Part shown: piece after piece, positions 13,220 to 26,411 of the stretch
Layout of the letters: each line of letters starts with the position of its first letter
Numbering within the stretch: position 1 is the first letter of the stretch
From: Utricularia gibba
Lineage: Eukaryota; Plantae; Magnoliophyta
Length of the DNA stretch: 64,000 nucleotides
Direction: 5' to 3'
Assembly (NCBI GenBank): GCA_002189035.1
Contig: NEEC01000004.1
Span: 1-64,000 of the forward strand
Notes under the pieces: model-generated
Seen by the model: the letters and a program-made list of their open reading frames with translations, nothing else
Told to the model about the DNA's origin: nothing
The model's database searches: none
Made by a program: the position numbers and the translations under genes

Positions 13220-14601
13220 CTATGGCTCTTCACAAGCGTTCTGCAGTAGGGGCTTCTGGGACTCCGAGCTCCAAGTCTTTTTGGGAGGATAGAGCAGGAA
13301 GATCTGGACCATGAAGAGGCTGTCGAAGAACAAGCTCACCTGCAACAGGCGGTCATTTCCGAATCCTTCACATCACTAGTTCAACAAATCGCAGTACAGA
13401 CTGAATGCTAAGGCGTACCAGAGAGAGGAGAGTTTTTCCGATGTTGCCGTACATGTTCACCGGCGATCCTGCAGTCATCGCACGACGATGCATGAATGAA
13501 ATGAATGAATCAAGGGAGGGGCAATTCTGCTGCGAAGTGTCATAACAGAACTCACTTTGGTCTATGGATTGCATGGCTATCTGGCCTACGCTCGCCGTGC
13601 TGCCGATGAAATCGAGCAGGACGAATCCGATGCTGAATCCAACCGTGCTCTTTTGTCGAAAGTTAAAGACAGCCTTCAGGTTAAACAGATTTGAGGTAAG
13701 ACTTTGTGGCAGAACTAAAGTCTACTGCATTTTAAGAAAGGAGGCAACTTTATGAGTTCAAACCTGAGGGGTGTACTTGATGATGGTCATGACGATCTGC
13801 AGAGTGCTGGAACACCAAATACGAATTGTGAGAATTGTGAGAGTGGGGGCGAGCGGGGAGAAGGCATGTTATGGAAGAGAGCTTACTTGAAGCAAGAAAC
13901 TAGCCAATACCAAGAATGGGTAGGCAGAGCTGCAGCAACGCAAGCTGCAGCAGCTAGCCATGCCACAGCTAGAATGGCAATAGCAACTCTGGAGACTTTC
14001 TGGTTTCCACGCTGCAAATGTGAATACAAAATTTTAAGAATTAGAGAATACTACGTAGGACAGAAAATGTAAATGGCAAGGAAGAATGATATGCCAAGCT
14101 TACCTCATATACTGCAACTTGAGACAATGTCAAGGATGTGAGAATAACAGCATGAACTGAAAAAGCTACGTCGTTGGCTGCCACAGGAATCATCTGCACT
14201 CAAGAAGGAATGTGAAGAAGCAGGAAAAAAAAAGAACATTCTTACAATCCAGAGCAAGGTGTTAAAACTGGACCTGATCGACGCCAAATTTCTGCCTATA
14301 CTGTGTCTGAATGACGGGGCTGAAGAAAACAGAAGCATTGTATATCAAATAGAAGATGTTTGTCGTCACATTCAACGCCACGAAATCAAAGTTCAGGCCC
14401 TGCACACTGACAAACATCGAGAGATGAGGCGAATGTGATGTGGGGAAGCAAATGTCTAGAGCGGCCAAGCAAAACCCACCTCTTCCTGGTGAAATTCAAT
14501 ATAACTTGAGGGTAATAACAGAACGCCCAGGAGAAAAAAGAAATCCAGCCCAGCACATAAAAAGAAACCTCAAGCTCAACAGAGCTCCAAGACGCCGCCA
14601 T
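13220..14601 (-). CDS. Cystinosin homolog (PQ-loop transporter), 8 coding exons
   Basis: MAASWSSVELEVSFYVLGWISFFSWAFCYYPQVILNF, GLNFDFVALN, MIPVAANDVAFSVHAV, IIKYTPQAVFNFRQKSTVGFSI, YGNIGKTLLSL; stop TAG at 13222-13220; GT-AG introns traced. Confidence 0.93.
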
Positions 14602-15484
14602 TTCTCCCGTATTCTTCGCTTAGGAAATGAAGGGACTTTTGTGAGAACGAAGAGGCGGCACTTTTCGCCTTTAAAAGGATGACAAAATAGTGCCCCTCTC
14701 CATTATTGTAGGTCCAAGCGGCTGTTGATAAGCATGAGGACTCACTTTTGTTCGTCGGTATGCGAAGCAACGAAACTATAATCTGATTTGGCGACGCCAT
14801 TGGGGCCATCCCTTACGTGGATCAGCTTCAAGTTTTGCAACTCGCCCACCGGAAGTCGAAACGGCGTCCTCTAACTGTTTCTGTGCGGACTACACACTCA
14901 AGATAAGGAACTGGCCCACAACTTCAAGACCCGCCTTCTTCTCTTAAATTACAAACACTTGAAAAGAGTTCTGCTTCAACTTTTTGTGCTAATAAAAAAT
15001 AACTCCTCCGATTCGAATATTCTTCTAGATCTGTGTACAGTTCGTGGAGGCCATGTCTTAGGGAGTATATCATGCTTCAATTATTTTTGAAAAGATTATA
15101 CGAAATAGATGATGTATTTAGTTACGTAAAAATGTTTTGATGTGAACAAATTTCAATTGCAAAAGATCGTAAACATTGAAACCTACAAGTCCCTAAAATT
15201 CGAAAAAGATGACCATTTAACTTCAATTAATGGAGCACGCCGAATTCTACTGGTCGAAGGTGGGTAGTGGGTACGATGTTGATGTTCGAACGCCAGCAAG
15301 GCGGGGCGCAATGTATTTGTATAATATAATAAAGTATTAATTCATGTTTAAAATTAGGGAAGAATGAGGTGTTTGATTGGGGGATAGGGATGATGATGGA
15401 GGACAGGAGGAGACGTGCACATGACGATGCGAAATGGTTGCATTAATTATGTTGAAGCTTCCGCTTTCGCTTCCGTCTCTCTGA

Positions 15485-15767
15485 CTATGGATCGCCTTGA
15501 CAGCAGCGCACGCAGATGGGAGGCTGCCTAGTAATATCACAATAACAGCAAGCTACGTCGCACTCATTGTGACACCCTGCGCAACGAGAACCAGATGAGG
15601 CTCCCTCACAAAAAGAGCAAGCTTGAAGAAACTCGAGAGAATACTTCACCTGTCACCGTGATGTATTCGTCGAGAATTCGCCTTCCGGCGTCTGTTGGTG
15701 ATGGGATATGATGCAGCACCATGAGAATCAACAGGGAGCCAGGAAGGAGCATCCGCTGAAGCATCAT
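15485..15767 (-). CDS. Small secreted cysteine-rich peptide precursor, 69 aa, 2 exons (15767-15650, 15576-15485)
   Basis: Splicing a 73-nt GT-AG intron gives MMLQRMLLPGSLLILMVLHHIPSPTDAGRRILDEYITVTGCHNECDVACCYCDITRQPPICVRCCQGDP*. It has a hydrophobic leader and 8 Cys spaced C-x3-C-x3-CC-x-C-x7-C-x2-CC. Confidence 0.8.
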
Positions 15768-15931
15768 GCGTTGATGAGAGGGATTCCGCAGCTGCAAACA
15801 CAAATAAATATGCGTGCAAAAGGATCACACGAAACCTGTGGTTGCTACTAGAATTGCACCACGGGATGCATTCCAAATGCACCAGAGGTGCGGAAAATCT
15901 ATTAAAACAGCCATCGTTTCATTCAGTGAGG

Positions 15932-16024
15932 CATGCATAGTGCATGAGAGCTTATAAATCTATGATGTATACATGAGCAAGGATCCTAAGAGGGCTCATA
16001 GAGAAGAACATGCCAGGGCATGCA
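15932..16024. promoter_or_regulatory. RY-like CATGCA motifs and TATA-like sequence upstream of the cysteine-rich peptide gene
   Basis: CATGCA at 15932-15937 and 16019-16024; TTATAA near 15952-15957. Function inferred only. Confidence 0.35.
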
Positions 16025-16082
16025 CTGCAAGGTTCTCCATGGTGAGCTTTTATTAAGAGTTTCTAATAGAGATTTCATTTGT

Positions 16083-17106
16083 TTAGGATGTAAGCTCCAG
16101 TTTCTTGATGTTCTGAATTTGCATTCCAGGATTCAGGCCCTTGGGACAAGCTTTAGCACAATTCAAAATGGTATGACACCGGTATAGCTTGAATTCGTCA
16201 TTCACTGCATCAAGCCGCTCCTTTGTGAACTCATCACGACTATCCATTATCCATCTGCAACAATAACAAGGGAGAAACAGATAAACTACAGAGTCCAGGG
16301 AATGGGGATAAATGCAGATGCGGACGTTGGATATATCACATATAAAAAATTTTAAATTACGCTCTATAAGTAAATTGCACAGGGATTCGCGACCACAAAT
16401 AATAAATCACAGACTGGCGCGAGATATGCTGAATCAGTTACCTATTCGAATGGAGAAGGGCAGCAGGTCCCAAATAAGACTCGGGATTCCACCAGTAGCT
16501 AGGGCAGGATGTGCTACAGCAGGCACACAAAATGCACTCGTACATCCCATCAAGCTTCTTCCGATCCTCCTTGCTCTGCCGAATTTCCTTCCCTGGCTCC
16601 GCCGGTGGATTCTTTCTCTTTAACCACGGCTCAATCGACTTGTACTGATTATAAAAGTTGGTCATATCCACCACCAGATCCTTAATCACGAACATATGCG
16701 GTAGAGGCGTAATCATACTCTCGCTTCCCGCTGATATTTTCGTCAGACACGCCAAACCGTTACTTCCATCGATGTTCATAGCGCACGAACCGCAAATCCC
16801 CTCCCGGCAGGAGCGACGGAAGGTCAGAGTGGGATCGATCTCGTTCTTAATCTTGATCAATGCATCGAGAACCATCGGACCACAGTCCTTAAGATCAATC
16901 TCGTAGTTCCGAAGCTCCGGCTTCTGCGGAGAATCAGGATTCCACCGATAGATCTGAAAAACCTTGCGCGTAGACGTGTCCTTCGCCTTCTGCTCGACTA
17001 CCTGCGCCTCTGCCTCCGACGTGTGCTGCCGAGAAAACAGCGCTCTCGCTACGGGCGATAACACCGGAGAACGAGAAGCCGCTCGCCGAACCAATCCAGA
17101 CGCCAT
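16083..17106 (-). CDS. SDH2: Succinate dehydrogenase iron-sulfur subunit, mitochondrial (exons 17106-16442, 16254-16083)
   Basis: [60 protein letters not shown]; single intron. Confidence 0.98.
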
Positions 17107-17505
17107 TCACGGAACCTCAACACCCTCCCGTTGCAACATCTCAAATTCGCCGCCCTCCCATATATATATGGTTGAGATCAGGCGGTTAAAGTTTGGCCGT
17201 ATTACGTGGCTTCTCGCAGCCCCAGCGAATACTTAATACAAGAAAAGCCACGTGGATGAAATGTTGGCCATTAGAGAATAAATTTTATTATTTTTTAAAA
17301 CAGAAATCTTGGGATATTTTATTTTCAATTTCATTTATAATAAATTTTATAAGTGGAAAAATCTAATCTATTTTGTGATTGGCGCGCCATTACCTTGATT
17401 GATTTTCCCTCTGGCTCCTGAGGACCTCTGGGTTTCGTTTTTAAAGCGTCTTCATTCGTTCGTCGGTTCGTTCGTTCCTCCTTCGCCGAGCTCCTGCGAT
17501 CGTGA

Positions 17506-17951
17506 ATGACGTCCGTAAGTCTTCCTTCATTTAGTTACATGATTACGATCGCGATTTCGGGAGCATAATCTTGCCCAACGTTTCGTTGTAATTCTGCGTA
17601 TGCGGTTTGGCTCAAGGGTCCAGCGACCTAGTGATCGGAATGGTGATTGGAAACATTTGTGACTTTGCAGCAGGAGAGAGGTCGCCCGCTGCCGAAGTTC
17701 GGCGAGTGGGATGCCAATAATCCGGCGTCGGCAGATGGTTTCACCGTGATTTTTGCCAAAGCAAGAGACGAGAAGAAAACCAAAGGCACGGTCGCGGGTG
17801 GTCCGACCAACGGAAACACGGCTTCGTCTCCAGAACCGCAAGATTACCCCGGAAAGGTACTCAAATCAAATCCCCCAATTCTCTCTGATTAACAATTCAA
17901 AATCGCCCCCACGTTATGTTGATGCAGAAGAAGTGGCTCTGCTGCTTCTGA
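17506..17951 (+). CDS. NOI/RIN4-like protein with AvrRpt2 cleavage site (exons 17506-17514, 17671-17856, 17928-17951)
   Basis: MTS|QERGRPLPKFGEWDANNPASADGFTVIFAKARDEKKT...K|KKWLCCF*; C-terminal Cys membrane-anchor motif. Confidence 0.93.
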
Positions 17952-18517
17952 TAAGAAATCCAATGGCGCGACAGCTGAATCGCAGGCTAATAGCTTTATC
18001 TGCGCCAATGGATGATCAAAGTGCTGGTGTATGAGGGGTAAGCTTTGAATGGACTCCTGAATCAGACATTTTCTTCTAGCTACGGCTTCATAAATTTACA
18101 AGAACTTGATCAGACAAATACCGCCGTAGCCCGGTGCACCGCGAGCAAGCAAAATATCTTGAATTTTACAAATTTAATATTTCAATTTAAGGGGATTTGT
18201 CGTTAAATTACTGTCTAAAATATTATAATATATGCCAAATTTGGAACATTCGCTTTAAACCGATTTTCTAATTCGAGAAGAATTGCCGAAATTGGGAGCA
18301 GCGAGTTGTGTCAAGGGAAGTGACGTCGTCAGGTTGAAAATGCATCGAATTTTTTTTTTTTTAAATTTAGTTCCTTCGAATCCAGCTGTCATTTTTGCTT
18401 TGAGCGACGTGGTGTAGATATACACGCGGTCTGTTGCTTCTCTTCTGCATCTGCTTCCTTTACAAGTTTCATCTCCTGTGCCTGCGATCGTCGGTCGTCC
18501 TTCTGCTCGGTCGGGAG

Positions 18518-19917
<1,400 letters not shown>

Positions 19918-20188
19918 TTTCGCTATTCAACCCAACGCCGCGCCACATCAGAAGAATCAAAGTATTTGTTTTAAGCGATTGATGTGAATGATATGCATAT
20001 ATGACTGACACTACCTTCACATGAGGGCGTCCCAAATTTCTATCTATCATGCTTTCTAACAGCGCCTTGATAGATGCAAACTGAAATCATTCCTCACATC
20101 GCAATGTCTGACCATTCAATTTTCAAGGAAAACAAAAAAAATGCACAAGAAGCGTAAGGTCTGGCCAGGCCTGCGCAGAAGAAGAAGA

Positions 20189-21572
20189 CTAGGAGCCACC
20201 ACCAAAAACCTGAAGAAGAAATTCGGGATGCATCATTACAGGAAACAAAGCGGACGAATGAGAAGAAATAGGGCACAGAATTATGATGCTACTCACGTCA
20301 GACAAGATCTCACTCGACAAATGCGTCTTGTTCTCCGTAGGTTCCTGACCTACAGGTTTTTTCTGCGCAAAGGGGCGAACCTGTTTGTTTGGTAACACCT
20401 TCTGCTTCTGCAGCCCACCAAAAAACTAGGCTTAGGCTTAGTAGAGTGGAGAAGCAAATTGAAAATGGCCGATAGAGCCCTTTGAAATCCATAGAAGAGC
20501 AACGCCGCCACTCGAGTAGATTTCGCAGCCTGGTTAAACAAGAATGGGATTAAACTGAGAAATGCTCTGAACTGACCTTTGTCAACCTTTCTTCTATTTT
20601 AGTCCGGGCTTTTGCTTGGTCGACCTTGGAGAGATACAAATCTCGCTCCCTTTTGGCTGCGGATAGCTCCATACGCAGTTTTTGCTCCCGCGTGGCTTTC
20701 TTGTAGGCTGTATAATGAAAGTATCCATTAGTTGGCTCCATTACATGCTTTGTGAAGCATAAAATGTTGTACCTATCTCCTCTGTAAGATCATCCCACTT
20801 GAACTTGCTTAGATACTTGATGTTCCAGATGTCGTAATAGAATGACGATCTTTTTCTTCCTCCTGCACAAGAAATAAGCATTTCCTGTCTTATATCTTGT
20901 ACGGCGTCCTGAGCAGCAATGTGATAAACGAAACCCTTCCACATACCAATCTGTTCTCCATTCAAAATCTTGGCCGTTCGTTTTGCAACCTTCTTTTCAG
21001 AGAACTCTACCCAACTGCAGTTTGGAGAAGGAGAACTACCGAGGTTAAACACTCAGGTACAACTCTAACAACAACGATGTGAAGAGCAAGCACTCATAAT
21101 CTCTCAAGGATAACGAGACAACGGGAAAATACCCGCAACGGCTAAATAAACAAAAGAGGAAGAAAGTAAACGAACCCCTCTGAAAATCCTTGTCCTCTGA
21201 ACCCGCCGGACATTTTCCGGTGCACCTGTGCAGCAGCACCTGGCAAACAATACCAAATAAACAGAGATCTTTTATGCTGCATTGGATAAGCAGAACTCAT
21301 CTCGATGCAGTATTGATTAGCTAGCGATCAAAGGGCTGACCCTCAGGAGCAAGGTAGAGCCGCTGAATTTCCCCATATTGGGAAAGAATCTGCCTCAGCT
21401 TCAAAGGATTCATATGAGGAGGTACACGGCTCAAGTAGCAAACACCGCGCCTGCTTGCTGCTTCTGCTTCATTCATCAATTGTCTTTTCCTCTTCCCTTT
21501 CTTCTCCGTAACCTCTACATTCGTTTCAATATCACCTTCGCTTCTTGAATCTTCTCCTTCTTCCTCCGCCAT
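20189..21572 (-). CDS. ESF2: Pre-rRNA-processing protein ESF2 (ABT1)
   Basis: RRGVCYLSRVPPHMNPLKLRQILSQYGEIQRLYLAPE, WVEFSEKKVAKR, IWNIKYLSKFKWDDLTEE, EQKLRMELSAAKRERD; ends ILSDVFGGGS*. Confidence 0.95.
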
Positions 21573-21723
21573 AGTACTTCAGAAAACCCAACTTCTTCTC
21601 GGTAAAGAAGAATTCCAACCAGGCGGAACACAGAATTTGAACGCACGTTTAATCTCCCCTTCTCACCAGAAACCAACACTCCTCAATCCTCGCAGACGGA
21701 TCAATCGATAGTTTTGGTATGGA

Positions 21724-21840
21724 ATTGGGCTCGGCTTCTGAGACCTCATCGCACAAAACCCTAATTCTCCCGCCCAAATTACCAATTCCATTCACACAGC
21801 CCATGATGAAATGACGGATGTGTGGTCATGGGCCGACCCA
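21724..21840. promoter_or_regulatory. Telo-box plus site II-like motifs upstream of ESF2
   Basis: AAACCCTAA at 21756-21764 with TGGGCT, GCCCA and TGGGCC motifs around it. This combination is established for ribosome-biogenesis and translation gene promoters. Confidence 0.6.
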
Positions 21841-22152
21841 TCTTAATAATTCAAATTAAAAAAATCATCATTAATAAGTTCTCCTACATTTGCGGCCTGG
21901 GTGACGAAGGCGGTTCGACGTGCCACACATTTGCCCATTAGAAAATACGGATCGTGCGCATTTCCTTTTGAAAATTATAGCTCAATTATCATGCAGTACA
22001 CTACGTCTGATACCGGTCCGGGTTCTCTGGCAACACAGCGCGGCGGAGCTGCCGAATTGCGGATAACAGATGATCGAACCATGTGAACGAAACAGCAGGG
22101 AAATTGATGCAGTTCTTCGTCAGAAATTGAGACAAGGATACGTTACTACTCT

Positions 22153-22488
22153 TCATGCCGCCGCTTTGGTATGCGCGATTTGTTTAATTGGAGTTGGATT
22201 CACCTGAACGAAGAGATGATTCCCGGCGAAAAGATCGCCTAAATGCGATCGGCTCTCCCTGAGCCGCCGGCAGAATTTGACCCACACCGCCCTCGCCTTC
22301 CGCCGCAGGCACCGGTTCACTTTGAGTCGAAATTTGCGGTGGATGTGGAGCCTTCTCAGACGATAATGCCCCGTCCGCAGAGGCCCGACTACCTTCTCCC
22401 TGATGTCCTCGTCATCGCTGCCGCAGACCGAATCGAAATCGTTGCGGAGGCGGCGGTAGGCGACCTTGACGACGTCGGCGTAGGCCAT
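22153..22488 (-). CDS. Uncharacterised single-exon plant protein (RRLRESxSHLGDLFAGNxLFxQVNPTP family)
   Basis: GC-rich ORF; first ATG at 22488; conserved-looking C-terminal motif RLRESRSHLGDLFAGNHLFVQVNPTP. Confidence 0.75.
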   Translation of the reverse strand: MAYADVVKVAYRRLRNDFDSVCGSDDEDIREKVVGPLRTGHYRLRRLHIHRKFRLKVNRCLRRKARAVWVKFCRRLRESRSHLGDLFAGNHLFVQVNPTPIKQIAHTKAAA

Positions 22489-23562
22489 TTGCGGATGCAC
22501 GGAAGCCAAGGCGGAGCGGAAACCTTCCCGGAGTCGAGCGAAACCGCGCAGAGCCTCACTTCCAGTTAAAAAGTAGAGGGAATAAATAGCTGCGCCGTTT
22601 ATTTAATTTCAATTTTCAACCACAATAATAATATCAATAACAACAAACGTACACTTAGAATAAATAATACACCTAGAAAAAGCCATATTAGTGACTTTGA
22701 TCAATGACCTATTTTCAATATATAATTTTATAATATCATAGAAATATTTTTTTAAAAAGAGAAAATTACAAAAAAATACTTCAATTTTCAGTAAATATAA
22801 AGAGGTTTAATCTTCAAATTTTAAAATTATAAAAAAATATTTTAAATTATTAAAATCGTGTAACGAATAACCAAGCAATTTTCAAAATTTTTAAAAAATG
22901 AATCAAATATAAGAGGTTAAATATACAATGAAAATCAAAACATGAATAGTCAAATATACAATAAAGATCCAACAATTTTCAAAATCATATAATAAAGATT
23001 CAAATATGAGGGATTAAATATGTGATTTCATAGGTTAGGAAGTACACAATTTATAATAAAATACGTTGAGAAGTTTATGATGTGACTTTAAAATTGAGGG
23101 ATTAAATTCTTTATACTTAAAATAACTTGGAGCACTGCCGATAAATTCCACCAAATCCATCAAATGTGACATAATATGGGAGGGAACAAGAATTTAAAAA
23201 GCGTATAATCACGAGTGGACCAATAGAATCAATGAGTCTACCGAAACCTTGATGACGTAGACCCCAATAAGTCGATGTTCAGTAACGGACGCTCTCAGGA
23301 AGATTCTTTGGCATATAACTAGTAATGAACGTGATGCAACATAAATTTGTGTACCCGGGAATTAATTTGATGCACCAATTGGCAGTCTTCCATATTGGAA
23401 TAAAGGAAGCCCGGGTTGGGGAATCGGATCGGGTGCATTCGTCACGCTATTTACAAGATGTGGAATTTTTATTATCCATAGTAAAAATATACCTGACAAA
23501 ATACTAGAAAGCCCGTACTGCCAGTTGGGTTTCTCCTCCCGTGAGGAAGATGATGAGTGGGT

Positions 23563-25696
23563 TCAGTAGAGCCTTATCTTGTTCTCTATTAGCCTCCAGC
23601 AGACCGGGCACACCTGAAGGTTCTCGCCGCACTCACAGCATGTCTGAAAGCAGACACGAGCTGTTCAGATGTTGTTATGTACGAAAGCAATCCTCATCTA
23701 TACCTGATGCCCGCATCCAAACGCCATATCCTTCGTGTTGTACATGCAAATGGAGCATATCTGAGGAACAAAAAGAGATATCATCTCAGGGATGCTCAAG
23801 GATGCGGCCATTTTTGCGTTGAGGAGTACCTGACTTCCGTAGGTTTGAGCAGGCTGGTATGAGCTTGTGGAGGTGGCTTGGGGATGAAATGGGGTTCTGT
23901 TTCCAAATGATGGTGGTGTTGAATGCGAGTTGAAAGAGGAAGAAACGTGGGCAGGGGGAGGAAGCGCAGCTCGCTGGGGGCAGCTTCGTCTGCGTCTCCT
24001 GATGAGGGGGATCAGTTTGCAATGTTGGAATCTGAATGGATCGGGATTGCATTTTATGTAAAGAGGGAAGAAGATGATCACCCCAGGAGTCCGAGATCCA
24101 TTGTTGCCTTGTATTGGAAAGGGATTTCCATCAATGCTGCGAGAGCAAACTCCGCCTCCATCCTAGACTGGGACTTCCTCTTGGAAATTATCTCCATGAA
24201 GTTGACAAACTGGGGAAGACGATGGTGCTGTGCTGTAAGAAAATGAAACTGAAGGATCAATCCGAAGAATGAAAACCAACCTGGAAGTTATCGAACGACC
24301 CCGGATGTTGTCATCAAAATCCCTCATCATATCCCAGGGGCCATCCCCAACTCCAACCAAAACAATAGATAAAGGGTAGTTGCTGCAAGCGTGAGAAGAC
24401 AAACGTTCTTATTATACACACTAGTGCAACAGTGAGAGACAAAAGAGGACTGATGGTGAGTATGTAGCTGCCAAGCAGACGCTTGCCTTGCTTCAACTAT
24501 GGCTTCAATGGTTTTTCTCTCTTGGATACATAACTGGCCATTGTTTGGGGCATTTCCAGTGACCTGCAAGTAGAGCAATTCTTTGGGAGATGATCAAATG
24601 GCAGGTGCATCTTTGTATTGGAAGCATAGGTACCTGCCCATCTGCAATGATCAATAGAACATGATACTGTCCTCCACTTTGCTCCACGATGGACACAGCC
24701 ATTTCGATTATGGGTGCAAAGGAGGTAGGGCCTGCGGTAAAGTGAGCAAAATGAGTACTAGAAAGCCATTAATAAACTGAACTGTGGAAAAATCATCAAC
24801 CTGACAGTTTCAAATGAGGCAAAATTTCTTTGTATCTCCTCAAAACTTCCTCAAATCCAACGCAGGATTCGCCATTAGGACTCAAGCTGAACACATCCTG
24901 ATCATGCGTTGATGCTGTTGAGTATAAAAAAGACAGGTTAACACACACAATTCCAGGAAACTGCAGGATAAACACTGGAATCAACCACTGAGTCCATAAG
25001 TCAGCACCATCTCCAAATCCATAGCAGGGGATCAAGTTGTCATCATCGAAAGCAGCCAACGTTTTCCCGATGATAGATATTGCAAGTTCATATGGATTCA
25101 AGCTATTTCCAATATGGTGTAAGCTTCGGTTGCCGTAAGACCTCCGGCCTATGGTATTGAGATCGACCCATAGTTATCTCTGGAAGATTCAAGAACATAT
25201 ATGATGCATAGAAGGCAATGAAAAGAAGGAAAAAAAGCTGAAACCTGTCCATTCATTGCTCTTGGTGAAGTCAATCCCAATAATAAGGTTGGAAGACTCG
25301 AGCCCAGCATGTCTGAGTGCCTCCGTTACCTTTTTCAAAGTAAAGTTCAGTGCACAAAATGAACACTTTATACAATCTATTCATGACCATGCATAAAGGT
25401 ACCTCTTGCAAAGAACTATAGTTGTCATCTATCCTTGAATACTTGTGTTCAAGGTTCGTCTGCTGTCGAATTGGGGTCCCAACATACGGGGTGAATCCAT
25501 ACGAATCAACAGGATTTCTTCATTTTTGAAGACATGAACATGGGTCAAAATATGGTGTGTAACCAGGTGAATAAGCACAGGGTAGATAGAGCATACTGTG
25601 AATATGAAGATTGCCTATGATCAGAGTGACTACGAGACCGGCTTGCAGAAGACGACCTTCGACTTTCACCCCAAGGCTGCTACTTTCGTTCCCCAT
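23563..25696 (-). CDS. RGLG: RGLG-type E3 ubiquitin ligase (vWA/copine plus RING); reading frame disrupted as assembled
   Basis: [17 protein letters not shown]|[106 protein letters not shown]|[15 protein letters not shown]...IRLY*. In-frame TGA at 25522-25520 and a frameshift near 24288-24304. Confidence 0.9.
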
Positions 25697-26411
25697 CTTC
25701 GGATTTGTCAACTGAAAACTCAGAGACAAGACTCCTGCACTCAAACACACCCAAATGAAGATCACAGAGAAGAAGATTCTAGTATATGCCACACCTCAGA
25801 ACCTGGGATTCTCGCGAGTCAAGCAAGGTACGTTCCTATAGGATGCCTATCATCACCAAGGTGGAGCTAAAAAGTACGCGCCATTTACATACCCGCAATT
25901 AGATAAGGGTTAACAGTTAAAAATACAGTCTTTAAAAGGGCTCCACTTCCCACTTGGAAGTCTCGGATGCGCGCAACAATGTGAAAGCGGCAGTTTAACG
26001 TACTCGAAACGCGCAGAAGGAAGCAACCCAGAAATTCAAATACGAAAATGACGCATACAGTTTGCTTGAATGAGTAACGCAGGCCGCAGATGATGGGTCT
26101 TGCAATTTGCAGAAGTATCGCTCGCTGGTGATTAATTAATGAAAATGCAAATTCGAGGAAGGTTCGTTATTGTGAGTGCTGAGTGGCGGACAAATCCGTT
26201 AGTTTCTTTGGGGGTCATCGTCGTCAAGAGAGAGCTTTGTACGTTTCCGGGGGCAGGACCGGGACTTTTTGGCTCGTCTGCCATGTGGCGACTTCTTATT
26301 GGCCTCCGTTATATAATAACGCACTGATGGCTTATACTTTTGTTTATTTATTTATTTTATATTAATATTGAAAACAACTGGAGTCCTTTTAAAGGGCCCA
26401 CCAAGAAAATA

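Noticed and set aside
14576-14809. Overlapping uORF or N-terminal extension of cystinosin
   Set aside because: Out of frame with the cystinosin ATG whether or not the putative 5'-UTR intron is spliced. The TSS is unknown and there is no conservation evidence.
15241-15310. tRNA-like GTTCGAA segment
   Set aside because: No cloverleaf pairing and no A-box could be built.
15733-15745. 13-nt match (CCTGGCTCCCTGT, minus strand) to miR160
   Set aside because: It lies in the peptide coding exon, the flanks mismatch, no miR160* arm or hairpin was seen, and it is the same sense as the miRNA so not a target.
15790-15915. Extra upstream coding exon for the cysteine-rich peptide
   Set aside because: It needs a 44-nt intron and leads into a frame that stops before the Cys domain.
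16255-16441. RPS14 exon nested in the SDH2 intron, as in grasses
   Set aside because: The intron is only 187 nt and shows no RPS14-like coding sequence.
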